Below, piece by piece: positions 1 through 7,717 of a stretch of DNA of 64,000 bases (the first letter of the stretch is position 1; every line of letters starts with the position of its first letter). The notes beneath the pieces are model-generated. The model saw only the letters and a list, made by a program, of their open reading frames with translations, did not search any database and was not told where the DNA came from. Source of the DNA: Deltaproteobacteria bacterium. GTDB taxonomy: Bacteria > Desulfobacterota > DSM-4660 > Desulfatiglandales > HGW-15. A program made the position numbers and the translations under genes. The DNA lies in NCBI GenBank assembly GCA_019308745.1, contig JAFDHO010000001.1:13905-77904 (forward strand). Direction: 5' to 3'.

Positions 1-1
1 G

Positions 2-277
2 CTGGGAATAGCGGATCGTGACTGGATCTGGATCGAATCCCCCAGAGGAAGGGTCAAGCAAAGGTGCAGGCTCTTTGACGGCATTGATCCAAGGGTCGTG
101 CACGCACAGCACGGCTGGTGGTACCCGGAGATGCCCGGGGAAGAGCCCTGGCTCCACGGGGTATGGGAGTCCAACATCAATGTGGTGGTGGACGACGAGC
201 CGGATCACTGCAATGCCATCTCCGGGGGTTGGCCCCTCAGGGCAGGGTTGTGTAGGGTCTACAAGGTCGCGGACTAA
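2..277 (+). CDS. 3' end (91 codons) of a molybdopterin (DMSO-reductase family) oxidoreductase; the 5' part lies upstream of the window
   Basis: Frame 2 is open from the window edge to TAA at 275-277. It reads LGIADRDWIWIESPRGRVKQRCRLFDGIDPRVVHAQHGWWYPE...LRAGLCRVYKVAD, a typical C-terminal molybdopterin-dinucleotide-binding domain ending. It is absent from the ORF track because it has no in-window start codon. Confidence 0.7.
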   Translation: MGIADRDWIWIESPRGRVKQRCRLFDGIDPRVVHAQHGWWYPEMPGEEPWLHGVWESNINVVVDDEPDHCNAISGGWPLRAGLCRVYKVAD

Positions 278-334
278 CCTCTCTCCTGCAGTGTCTTTTG
301 CATCGAACAGCATGGCCCTATTGCATATTTTTCC

Positions 335-380
335 TTGACAAGACCCGCGGAAAATAATAGAAGATATCAAACGATCGTTT
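335..380 (+). promoter_or_regulatory. Promoter plus operator copy 1: TTGACA-N17-TAGAAG, then the palindrome AAACGATCGTTT (369-380)
   Basis: Perfect -35 hexamer at 335-340, 17-bp spacer, and a 12-bp perfect palindrome 5 nt after the -10. The same geometry recurs at four other promoters in this window. Confidence 0.6.
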
Positions 381-548
381 AATGTATCCGCGCTAACCCC
401 AAGAAAATCTTTTGATATCCTACAGATAGGCTAGATTAGTATCCTTAATGTGTTCATTTATTCACAGTAGCCTTTAGGAAGGATCAGATCCCCGAGGATT
501 TTGGAGGGGACCGGAGGTGTTGTTAACCTTTTTGTAAGGGGGAGAAAA

Positions 549-1586
549 ATGAAGAAAGCGTACATCTTTGTCCTTTTGTTTGCCTTTTCAATCTCTTTCA
601 TGGCACTTACGCCGGGCCCAGCAGTCTCAAAGCAAATTGAGTTGAGATTCAATTACTCCATGCCGGCTAAGGTCCCGCCGAGCACTGGCTGGGAATGGTT
701 TGCGCGGGAACTGACGCAACGGAGCGGAGGGAGGGTCAAGGTAACCACCTTTCCGCACGGTGCTCTTTTCAAGATCCGGCAGGCATGGGAAAATACCATT
801 GCAGGCACCGCAGATATCACCAATCTCAGCGTCAGGACCTTTGCCAAACGACTGCCCCTGACCTCGGTGACTATGCTCCCCACCATCTACTGGCCGGACA
901 CGGTGCAGGGGACCGTGGCGAGTGGCAGGGCCATAATGACCCTCTACAAAGAGTTCCCGGAAATCCAAAAGGAATTCAAGGACCTCAAGGTATTGTGCTT
1001 TAACCAGCTGGCCGCCTATCACCTCCTGACCAAGAAGCCCGTTCGCAAGCCCTCTGATCTCAAGGGCATGAAGATCGGGGCCGGCGGGATCATGGGCGAG
1101 TTCATCCAGAGCCAGGGGGGTAGCTTTGTCGCCATCGCACCACCCAAGTCCTATATGTCCCTCAAGACCGGAGTTATAGACGGCATGGCCATGGCCTGGA
1201 GTTCCATGGGGGTTTACAAGCTCTGGGAAGTGGCGGGCTACGTAAATGAAATCACCATCGGCCGCGTTCCCCTCCCGGTGGTCATGAACAAACAGGCTTG
1301 GAATTCCCTGCCCCCTGATCTACAAGACCTGGTTATGAAGCTGGCGGACGAACAAATGGAGTACGGAACCGAGACCCTGTATGATAATCTGGTCAGGCAG
1401 AAGAAGAACATGATCAGAAACGGGGTCGAAGCTTACGTTCCCACCGGGAATGAAGCCAAGGCCTGGATCAATGCCTTTGAACCCCTGGAAACGAGGTGGC
1501 TGGCTGAAAGGGAAAAGCAAGGTCTCAGGGTAGCGCCAAAGGTCCTCATGCGGTACATGGAGCTCGCGTCAAAGGCAGGGGAGTAG
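549..1586 (+). CDS. dctP: TRAP transporter periplasmic solute-binding protein (DctP family)
   Basis: ATG at 549 preceded by GGGGGAG. N-terminal signal peptide MKKAYIFVLLFAFSISFMALTPGPAVS. The length and sequence are DctP-like, and it is followed by DctQ and DctM genes. Confidence 0.85.
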   Translation: MKKAYIFVLLFAFSISFMALTPGPAVSKQIELRFNYSMPAKVPPSTGWEWFARELTQRSGGRVKVTTFPHGALFKIRQAWENTIAGTADITNLSVRTFAKRLPLTSVTMLPTIYWPDTVQGTVASGRAIMTLYKEFPEIQKEFKDLKVLCFNQLAAYHLLTKKPVRKPSDLKGMKIGAGGIMGEFIQSQGGSFVAIAPPKSYMSLKTGVIDGMAMAWSSMGVYKLWEVAGYVNEITIGRVPLPVVMNKQAWNSLPPDLQDLVMKLADEQMEYGTETLYDNLVRQKKNMIRNGVEAYVPTGNEAKAWINAFEPLETRWLAEREKQGLRVAPKVLMRYMELASKAGE

Positions 1587-1632
1587 AGGTACATCCCTCG
1601 CGGATAAGCGGTTCGATTCTCCCGCGGATCGG

Positions 1633-1660
1633 GGGAGGTTTGGGAACCTCCTTTCCTTTC
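1633..1660 (+). terminator. Hairpin plus T-rich tract between dctP and dctQ (possible partial terminator or mRNA stabiliser)
   Basis: GGAGGT (1634-1639) pairs with ACCTCC (1646-1651), followed by TTTCCTTTC. Confidence 0.35.
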
Positions 1661-1760
1661 AAGGATGGAAGGGCCACCTCCCCTTTTCCTTTTTATCGGG
1701 GGGCTTTGGGGTTATTGCCCCCCGGGTTGGCGGAATCCTATTGCAGCTCGGAGAGTAAAG

Positions 1761-2288
1761 ATGGCAGAAGGAGAAACCCGCGCAAAAGGACCATCTGGCG
1801 CTATTGAGAGAGGACTCTACAGGGTAAGCATATGGATCGGTGTCCTCTCGGCCACCGCCCTGTGCCTGATGATGCTCGTCACTGTCGTGGATGTGGGTGG
1901 GCGGTATCTCCTTAACAAGCCCATATACGGGGCCTACGAACTGATCGGGATGCTCCTTGTTGCCGCCGGGCCACTCGGCATGGCCCTCTGCCAAAAGGAT
2001 CGGAAACACATCGTAGTATCCCTCATTGTGGACAAGCTCCCTGCCAGGACCCAGACCCTCATAAATGCCGTCACCCTGTTCCTGAGCTTCTTTACCTACG
2101 GCATCATCACCTGGCAGATGTCCAGACTAACGGTTCAATATTGGATGAGGGGGAGGGGCGGAGTCTCGCCCGACCTGGGCATATCCCTGGCCTACGTCTC
2201 AGTCGTTTTTGCTGTTGGAGCCTTCCTGTTCACTCTCGTGCTCTTGTTGCACTTCGTTCAATCTCTTCGGGGCATGGCAAGGAGGTAA
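1761..2288 (+). CDS. dctQ: TRAP transporter small permease (DctQ family)
   Basis: ATG at 1761 after GGAGAG. About 175 aa with four hydrophobic helices (VSIWIGVLSATALCLMMLVTVVDV...). Lies between the DctP and DctM genes. Confidence 0.8.
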   Translation: MAEGETRAKGPSGAIERGLYRVSIWIGVLSATALCLMMLVTVVDVGGRYLLNKPIYGAYELIGMLLVAAGPLGMALCQKDRKHIVVSLIVDKLPARTQTLINAVTLFLSFFTYGIITWQMSRLTVQYWMRGRGGVSPDLGISLAYVSVVFAVGAFLFTLVLLLHFVQSLRGMARR

Positions 2289-2293
2289 CTGCA

Positions 2294-3592
2294 GTGGATC
2301 CGGCTGCAATTGGGCTCATCGGCATCTTTTTCCTCGTTGTCTTCATTTTCGCGGGGGTCCCCGTAGGCGTGACCCTTGCCCTCATCGGGTTCGGCGGTTT
2401 CATCGCCATCCTGGGGCCTGATAGGGCCCTGTCAAACATGGCTCTCATCCCCTTTGAGACCGTTAACCGCTATTCCTTTGCGGTGATACCGCTCTTCCTT
2501 TTGATGAGCACCTTTGTGGGCCGTAGCGGCATCGGCGAAGATGCCTACAGGGCAGCCCGGGCGTGGGTGGGGCACATCAAGGGTGGCCTTGCCATGGCCA
2601 CGGTGGTGGCCTGCGGCCTCTTCGCCGCGACGAGCGGATCAAGCCTGGCCACGGCCGTTGCAATGGGGAAGGTCGCTTACCCTGAGATGAAGAAACTGCG
2701 CTACGACCCCAGGCTGGCCATAGGCTGTATTGCTGCCGGCGGATCCCTGGGATTGCTCATTCCGCCCAGCATGGCCTTTATCCTCATCGGGATACTCACG
2801 GAGGTCTCCATAGGAAAGCTCTTCATGGCCGGTATCATCCCGGGCATCCTGGAGATCGTCTCCTATGCCGTCGCCATTTACATCATGTGCAGGCGGAACC
2901 CTGCCATGGGCCCGGCGGTTGCCCCCGTCTCCATGCTTGGAAGAGTGAAATCCGTCAAAGACACCTGGATGGTGGGTGTCCTGTTCGTGGGGGTCATCGG
3001 CGGGATCTACGGCGGAGTCTTCACACCCACCGAGGCAGGGGGTGTGGGGGCATTCGGTGCTTTGGTCATCGGGCTGATCACGAGACGCCTCAACAGAGAA
3101 GATCTCAAGTTTTGCTTCATGGACACGGCCCGCCACACCGCAATGATCATCGTCATGCTGATCGGTGCCTTCGTCTTCATGCGATTCCTTGCCTATACCA
3201 GAATTCCCAACCTCGCCAGCGAATGGGTGATCTCCCTGAACATGCCACCCATACTCATCGTCATCGTTATTCTCGTCAGTTTCCTATTCTTTGGCATGTT
3301 TTTCGATATGTACGCCGTGGTCATCCTGACGTCCCCTATCCTGTTCCCCATCATGATGGACATGGGATTTGATCCGGTTTGGTGGGGCGTGATCATGTGC
3401 AGGATGATCGAGATCGGGATGGTGACGCCCCCCTTTGGCATAAACCTTTTCGGGCTGGCTGCATCGGCTGAGGTGCCGGTTGGCACCATGTACCAGGGGA
3501 TCATACCCTTTGTTATCGCGGATATATTCGTGGTGGCGGCCCTTGTTGCCTTTCCCATACTTTCAACCTTCATACCATACCACCTGATGTAA
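2294..3592 (+). CDS. dctM: TRAP transporter large permease (DctM family)
   Basis: GTG at 2294 lies 8 nt after AGGAGG, which overlaps the dctQ stop. 432 aa polytopic membrane protein (GVPVGVTLALIGFGGF...). The longer track ORF from 2141 overlaps dctQ and is less likely. Confidence 0.85.
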   Translation: MDPAAIGLIGIFFLVVFIFAGVPVGVTLALIGFGGFIAILGPDRALSNMALIPFETVNRYSFAVIPLFLLMSTFVGRSGIGEDAYRAARAWVGHIKGGLAMATVVACGLFAATSGSSLATAVAMGKVAYPEMKKLRYDPRLAIGCIAAGGSLGLLIPPSMAFILIGILTEVSIGKLFMAGIIPGILEIVSYAVAIYIMCRRNPAMGPAVAPVSMLGRVKSVKDTWMVGVLFVGVIGGIYGGVFTPTEAGGVGAFGALVIGLITRRLNREDLKFCFMDTARHTAMIIVMLIGAFVFMRFLAYTRIPNLASEWVISLNMPPILIVIVILVSFLFFGMFFDMYAVVILTSPILFPIMMDMGFDPVWWGVIMCRMIEIGMVTPPFGINLFGLAASAEVPVGTMYQGIIPFVIADIFVVAALVAFPILSTFIPYHLM

Positions 3593-3614
3593 GAAACGGG
3601 GGTCAAAGGGCGTG

Positions 3615-3881
3615 TCAGCCCGCTCTGAGAAAAAGGATTGCGACAGCCGCAGCGATCAGTGCCCCTGGAACCCCAATGAATATCAGGCCCATCCATGCGG
3701 CCCTGGTCTCCATCTCCTTGTAGGAAGCGACGAAATTCTGGCCTGCGAGGGCAAAGAGGGCAAGGGCGCAGGCCCCAAGGGGCCAGGCATACCAGGCAAC
3801 CTCGGTGCCCCCCTGTCGGTCCCACATGAGCAGCCTCATTCCACCCGCCCCGATGAGCAACCCGTACAAAAACCACCACAT
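3615..3881 (-). CDS. rdhB: Reductive dehalogenase membrane anchor protein (RdhB-like, 88 aa, about 3 TM helices)
   Basis: MWWFLYGLLIGAGGMRLLMW... small hydrophobic protein. Its AAAGGAGA RBS overlaps the end of rdhA, giving the classic rdhA-rdhB order. Confidence 0.7.
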   Translation of the reverse strand: MWWFLYGLLIGAGGMRLLMWDRQGGTEVAWYAWPLGACALALFALAGQNFVASYKEMETRAAWMGLIFIGVPGALIAAAVAILFLRAG

Positions 3882-3899
3882 TGCCGTGATATCTCCTTT

Positions 3900-5387
3900 C
3901 TATTCCAACAGGGTCCTTTTCGTGTCGTTGATCCCGTGGGGCGGCATATCCAGCCGCCACCAGGCTTCGAGGTCTCGTTGCCTTTGATATCCGAACACGC
4001 CGTCCATCTTGGTAATAAACCCGTTCACCAGACCCGTAGCGAAGGGGTTTTTCGAGATGGTGGCCTTCACGATCCTATGCATAAAGGACCTGTCCTTCTT
4101 GCTGAAGGGGCAGACGGCAAAACAGGTGGAACACCCCGCCGTCGAAACGGACCACCAGGTCCGGCAAAAAGTAGAGTTCTCATACCACGTCCTGTGCCCG
4201 GGATTGTTCCAGGGCCCTACCGGTTCCCAGAAGGGCTCTGTCTCCAGACTCAATGTCCCCGCAGGGCATTTCTCTGCGCACACCTTGCAGGTCTTACAGA
4301 AACGCAGGATCCCGGCATCGATAGGTTTGGTGGGGGCAAGAGGAAGGTCCGTGACCACCTTGAAGATCCTCTGGAGCGGCCCGTACTCCGGGCTGATCAT
4401 CCTGTTCAGACGGCTCATCTCCCCCAAACCTGCCATGACTCCCAGTGCCGGGGCAATGCCGAGGCCGTTGAACCACATCCCCATGAGCCCCTGGTAGCCC
4501 AGGACATGAAGGAAGGTCTGGAGCCTGTCCATGATGTTTCTGGCCCTCCCATAGGCCGACCCGCTCGCAGAACTTGAAAAGGCAGTGGGTGCCAACCCGG
4601 ATCGCCTTTTGATCAACTCCTCAGACATCTGGAGGGAAAAGACAATCACCCATCGTGCCTTTTCCGGGATTACCCTCTTGTCCTCCGTCTCGTAGGCCTT
4701 GTCAACGCCTTCGAATTCGAGCCGCTTTCCGTCCAGGGCATCCACGGCATATATCAGCTTACGGTGGCGCTCATCGAGCTCCACAAAGCCCACCTGGCTC
4801 GCACCGAAATGCCTGAGGGCTGCCCGTATCATTCTGGAGTTCTCTTCGGGCCTGCCTTCATACCTCGGGATCCCCAGCTCTTCAGGGCTCAGGGGCCTCG
4901 GCCTGGCCGGATCGTGGAGCCTTGAAACGGTCACATCCCTCGTATAGAAGTGCCCCTCCTCCTTTGTCTCGGAGATCGTGTTCGCCCAGGTGCCCAAGAA
5001 GGTAACCGGCACGGAGCCCGACTGTCCGTAAGATATGTCAAGGGCCCGGTCCCTGAGGGTGTATCCCGGCTTGTTATCCAGGATCCACTGTTTGAACTTC
5101 TCCTCCCGTTCCCTGTTGAGTTGCTTTGCCTTTTCCTCACCCACATACCTTCTCCAGGACACCTGCTGGATCTTTGTCGCATCAAACCGCTCCATTCCTT
5201 CCCAATCCACCTCCATGGTCGGCTCATCAACCCAGCTCACCCACCAGGGCCGTCGCCATTCCCCTATGGGAGAAGCCATGACCTCGTCCAGGTCGTGATA
5301 GATCCTGGCCCCGTCCCGTTGATTTCTCTCATCCAGACCCAGGTTCTTCATAGTGGCACGCCCGCTCACTGTGCTGCGCTTCTTCAT
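3900..5387 (-). CDS. rdhA: Reductive dehalogenase homologue (RdhA), corrinoid/Fe-S enzyme
   Basis: N-terminal HDLDEV...RPWWVSWVDEPTMEVDW block typical of RdhA. C-terminal FCKTCKVCAEKCPAG (CxxCxxCxxxCP) and CSTCFAVCPF (CxxCxxxCP) motifs. GGGAGA RBS before ATG at 5387. Confidence 0.85.
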   Translation of the reverse strand: MKKRSTVSGRATMKNLGLDERNQRDGARIYHDLDEVMASPIGEWRRPWWVSWVDEPTMEVDWEGMERFDATKIQQVSWRRYVGEEKAKQLNREREEKFKQWILDNKPGYTLRDRALDISYGQSGSVPVTFLGTWANTISETKEEGHFYTRDVTVSRLHDPARPRPLSPEELGIPRYEGRPEENSRMIRAALRHFGASQVGFVELDERHRKLIYAVDALDGKRLEFEGVDKAYETEDKRVIPEKARWVIVFSLQMSEELIKRRSGLAPTAFSSSASGSAYGRARNIMDRLQTFLHVLGYQGLMGMWFNGLGIAPALGVMAGLGEMSRLNRMISPEYGPLQRIFKVVTDLPLAPTKPIDAGILRFCKTCKVCAEKCPAGTLSLETEPFWEPVGPWNNPGHRTWYENSTFCRTWWSVSTAGCSTCFAVCPFSKKDRSFMHRIVKATISKNPFATGLVNGFITKMDGVFGYQRQRDLEAWWRLDMPPHGINDTKRTLLE

Positions 5388-5477
5388 GATTCTCCCTCAG
5401 CCTCAGAGGTCTTGTGCAAAAGTGCGAAATCTGGTAATTGTTTCAAAAGCTTCCTGAAAAAAGGAGAAACACATTTT

Positions 5478-5521
5478 AATGATCGTTTGTTCCTGATAGC
5501 ATTAACATCCGTTGCTGTCAA
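5478..5521 (-). promoter_or_regulatory. Promoter plus operator copy 2 (minus strand): TTGACA-N17-TATCAG-gaac-AAACGATCATT, upstream of rdhA
   Basis: The reverse complement of 5478-5521 reads TTGACAgcaacggatgttaatgcTATCAGgaacAAACGATCATT. The geometry matches the other four copies. Confidence 0.55.
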
Positions 5522-5701
5522 GGCCAATTTCTTGCCGAAAGGAGACCTGTTCCATCATCGATGCGGTTCCATTCCTGGAGCGACATCGCATGCTTCATCC
5601 TTCGCAGGCAAAGCCTGGCAGCCACAGCCGTTGTGCATTGAGGTGAATGACGTCTCTCATGCCGAGTTACATGTAGTTTTTTATGGTGAAGGCGAATAAA
5701 C

Positions 5702-5745
5702 TTGACAGGATTCCGGGTGGACTATAGAATTTCTAATCGATCGTT
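5702..5745 (+). promoter_or_regulatory. Promoter plus operator copy 3: TTGACA-N17-TAGAAT-ttct-AATCGATCGTT
   Basis: TTGACA at 5702-5707, TAGAAT at 5725-5730, palindrome at 5735-5745. Lies 30 nt upstream of the TTG start at 5776. Confidence 0.6.
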
Positions 5746-5775
5746 CAGTAAATATTTTCCGGCGGTGGAGGTACA

Positions 5776-6549
5776 TTGAATCTGACGACGCTGACATACG
5801 AGAAGAAGGATCGAATCGCGTTCATCTCTCTGGCCAAGAGGATCGAGGAGGCCGGGTTGGCCCTTACCTTTGCGACGGAACTTTCCGAGGTGTGCTCGGA
5901 CATCCAGGCCGACAAGGACATAGGGGCAACCCTGCTATTCTGTGAGGAGAAGGATGCCCTCTCAATGGACGGCCATGTGCTGAGAGAGTGGCCGTGGCAA
6001 TTGGAAGGTGGCGAGGAAGGGCCGGTTTCCCTGGCCGAACCCGTGGCGAGACTGGAACAGCCCGTGGTCGCGGGAATACCGGGAGATGCCGTAGGTCCCG
6101 GCCTTGAACTGGCCCTGACCTGTGACTTGAGAATTGGGTCTCGGGGCTCCGGTTTTGGACTCCCCCATGTCAGATACGGTCTTATGCCCTGGGATGGAGG
6201 CATCCAGAGGCTTTCAAGGTTGATAGGGAAAGGCAAGGCCATGGAGATGATTCTCACCGCTCAAAGGATAGAGGCACAGGAGGCTTACAGGATCGGCCTG
6301 TTGAACCGGGTGGCCTCTGAGAATGAACTCAAAGACCTGGCCCTCAATATGGTGACTGAAATGGCTTCAAAGGCCCCCCTGTCCATGGCCTATGCCAAAG
6401 AAGCCGTCAACAAGGGCATGGATTTGACCCTTGAGCAAGGATTGCGCCTTGAGGCGGATCTCTACTTCTTGATACAGACGTCGCAGGATCGCACTGAAGG
6501 CATCAAGGCCTTCCAGGAAAAGAGGGCGCCCCATTTCAGGGGAAGGTAG
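5776..6549 (+). CDS. Crotonase-superfamily protein, divergent N-terminal half
   Basis: TTG start after GGTGGAGG. The C-terminal two thirds is crotonase-like (GPGLELALTCDLRIGS, EGIKAFQEKRAPHFRG). The usual NRPxxxNA and FCAGADL blocks are not recognisable. Confidence 0.7.
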   Translation: MNLTTLTYEKKDRIAFISLAKRIEEAGLALTFATELSEVCSDIQADKDIGATLLFCEEKDALSMDGHVLREWPWQLEGGEEGPVSLAEPVARLEQPVVAGIPGDAVGPGLELALTCDLRIGSRGSGFGLPHVRYGLMPWDGGIQRLSRLIGKGKAMEMILTAQRIEAQEAYRIGLLNRVASENELKDLALNMVTEMASKAPLSMAYAKEAVNKGMDLTLEQGLRLEADLYFLIQTSQDRTEGIKAFQEKRAPHFRGR

Positions 6550-6564
6550 CGGGGAGTCTTCTCT

Positions 6565-7335
6565 ATGGACAACGCATTCAAGACCTTGATCTACGAAAAG
6601 ACGGAAGAGGGCATTGCCTACGTCACCCTGAATCGCCCCGGGGCATTGAACGCCTACAACATCCAGATGAGAGACGACCTCTACGAGGTCCTCAGGGCCA
6701 TAAGGGATGACGATGAAGTCAGGGCCGTCATATTCAAGGGTTCTGGAGAAAAGGCGTTCTGTGCGGGCGCAGACCTGGAGGAATTCCTGACCGCCCCCTC
6801 CCCCACTGTTGCGCGCCGGGTACGATTTGATCGGGATGTCTGGGGGTTGTTCCTGAGTCTTCCTCAACCCCTGATTGCAGCCTTACACGGGTACGTCCTG
6901 GGCTCGGGCATTGAAATGGCGCTGTGTTGTGACATACGAATTGCCTCTGATGATTCCAAGTTCGGCCTGCCGGAGATGGGCCTAGGTATCATACCCGCGG
7001 CAGGGGGGACCCAGACCCTTCCCCGCACCATAGGGCGCTCGAGGGCCATGGAGATGCTCCTCACCAATAGGTGGATCAGTGGGGAAGAGGCATATCTCTT
7101 CCAGTTGGTCAACAGGGTCGTTCCCAGGGACCAGCTTCTTCCCACTGCAAGGGATATGGCGAGGAGGATTGCGTCCCAAGACCCGAAGGCCGTGAGGTTT
7201 GCCAAGGAGGCCGTGAACAGGGGCCTCGACCTGTCCTTGTCTGAAGGGCTGCGTTTGGAAAGGGCCCTGTTCTTGCGGTTGACAAGGGGTCGTAACCAGG
7301 AGGGTACGGATCACAGAACAACAAGGGAGGCGTGA
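6565..7335 (+). CDS. Enoyl-CoA hydratase/isomerase family protein
   Basis: VTLNRPGALNAYN, FKGSGEKAFCAGADLEEF and GYVLGSGIEMALCCDIRIAS are canonical crotonase motifs. Confidence 0.85.
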   Translation: MDNAFKTLIYEKTEEGIAYVTLNRPGALNAYNIQMRDDLYEVLRAIRDDDEVRAVIFKGSGEKAFCAGADLEEFLTAPSPTVARRVRFDRDVWGLFLSLPQPLIAALHGYVLGSGIEMALCCDIRIASDDSKFGLPEMGLGIIPAAGGTQTLPRTIGRSRAMEMLLTNRWISGEEAYLFQLVNRVVPRDQLLPTARDMARRIASQDPKAVRFAKEAVNRGLDLSLSEGLRLERALFLRLTRGRNQEGTDHRTTREA

Positions 7336-7460
7336 AAGAATTGACAAACAAAGTTGGAGAAAGATATGTGTGCAAGAAGTGCGGGGCTGAGTTCATAGTG
7401 ACCAAGGGCGGCAAAGGGTCACTCGTGTGTTGTGGCCGGCCCATGGAGATCAAAAAATAG
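7332..7460 (+). CDS. Desulforedoxin-like small metal-binding protein (42 aa)
   Basis: GTG at 7332 overlaps the upstream TGA (GTGA). Reads VKELTNKVGERYVCKKCGAEFIVTKGGKGSLVCCGRPMEIKK, a CxxC...CC pattern with the spacing of desulforedoxin or the Dfx N-domain. Too short for the ORF track. Confidence 0.55.
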   Translation: MKELTNKVGERYVCKKCGAEFIVTKGGKGSLVCCGRPMEIKK

Positions 7461-7509
7461 CCCTAGAAAACAACCCTTTAACGTGACATACTCTTGGAGG
7501 TGTTCGTAC

Positions 7510-7650
7510 ATGGCCCAACTCGGCAAGCGATACAGGTGCGAGCTATGCGGCACGGAAGTACTCTGTACCAAGGCTGGAGAAGGAACTCCCCTGTGCTGTG
7601 ACAAGGAGATGGTGGTTCAAGAGCCGAAACCGCTTCCCTCATCTGATTGA
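7510..7650 (+). CDS. Desulforedoxin-like small metal-binding protein (46 aa), second tandem copy
   Basis: ATG at 7510 lies 9 nt after GGAGG. Reads MAQLGKRYRCELCGTEVLCTKAGEGTPLCCDKEMVVQEPKPLPSSD, the same CxxC...CC pattern. Confidence 0.6.
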   Translation: MAQLGKRYRCELCGTEVLCTKAGEGTPLCCDKEMVVQEPKPLPSSD

Positions 7651-7717
7651 ACTCCCCGGAATTCCCCTGGCAAGCTTGAGCAAAGTCCTATTGTGTGAGG
7701 GGTGATTATCAAGTCCC

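Noticed and set aside
18-338. A 106-aa ORF listed in the track at the left edge.
   Set aside because: A different frame (2-277) gives a clean molybdopterin-oxidoreductase C-terminus. The listed ORF is Gly/Ser/Thr/Pro-rich with no signal and overlaps that frame.
1596-1632. A tRNA-like T-arm sequence GGTTCGATTC flanked by CGCGG/CCGCG.
   Set aside because: No acceptor stem, D-arm or anticodon arm can be drawn around it, and the segment is too short to be a tRNA. It is treated as part of the dctP-dctQ spacer structure.
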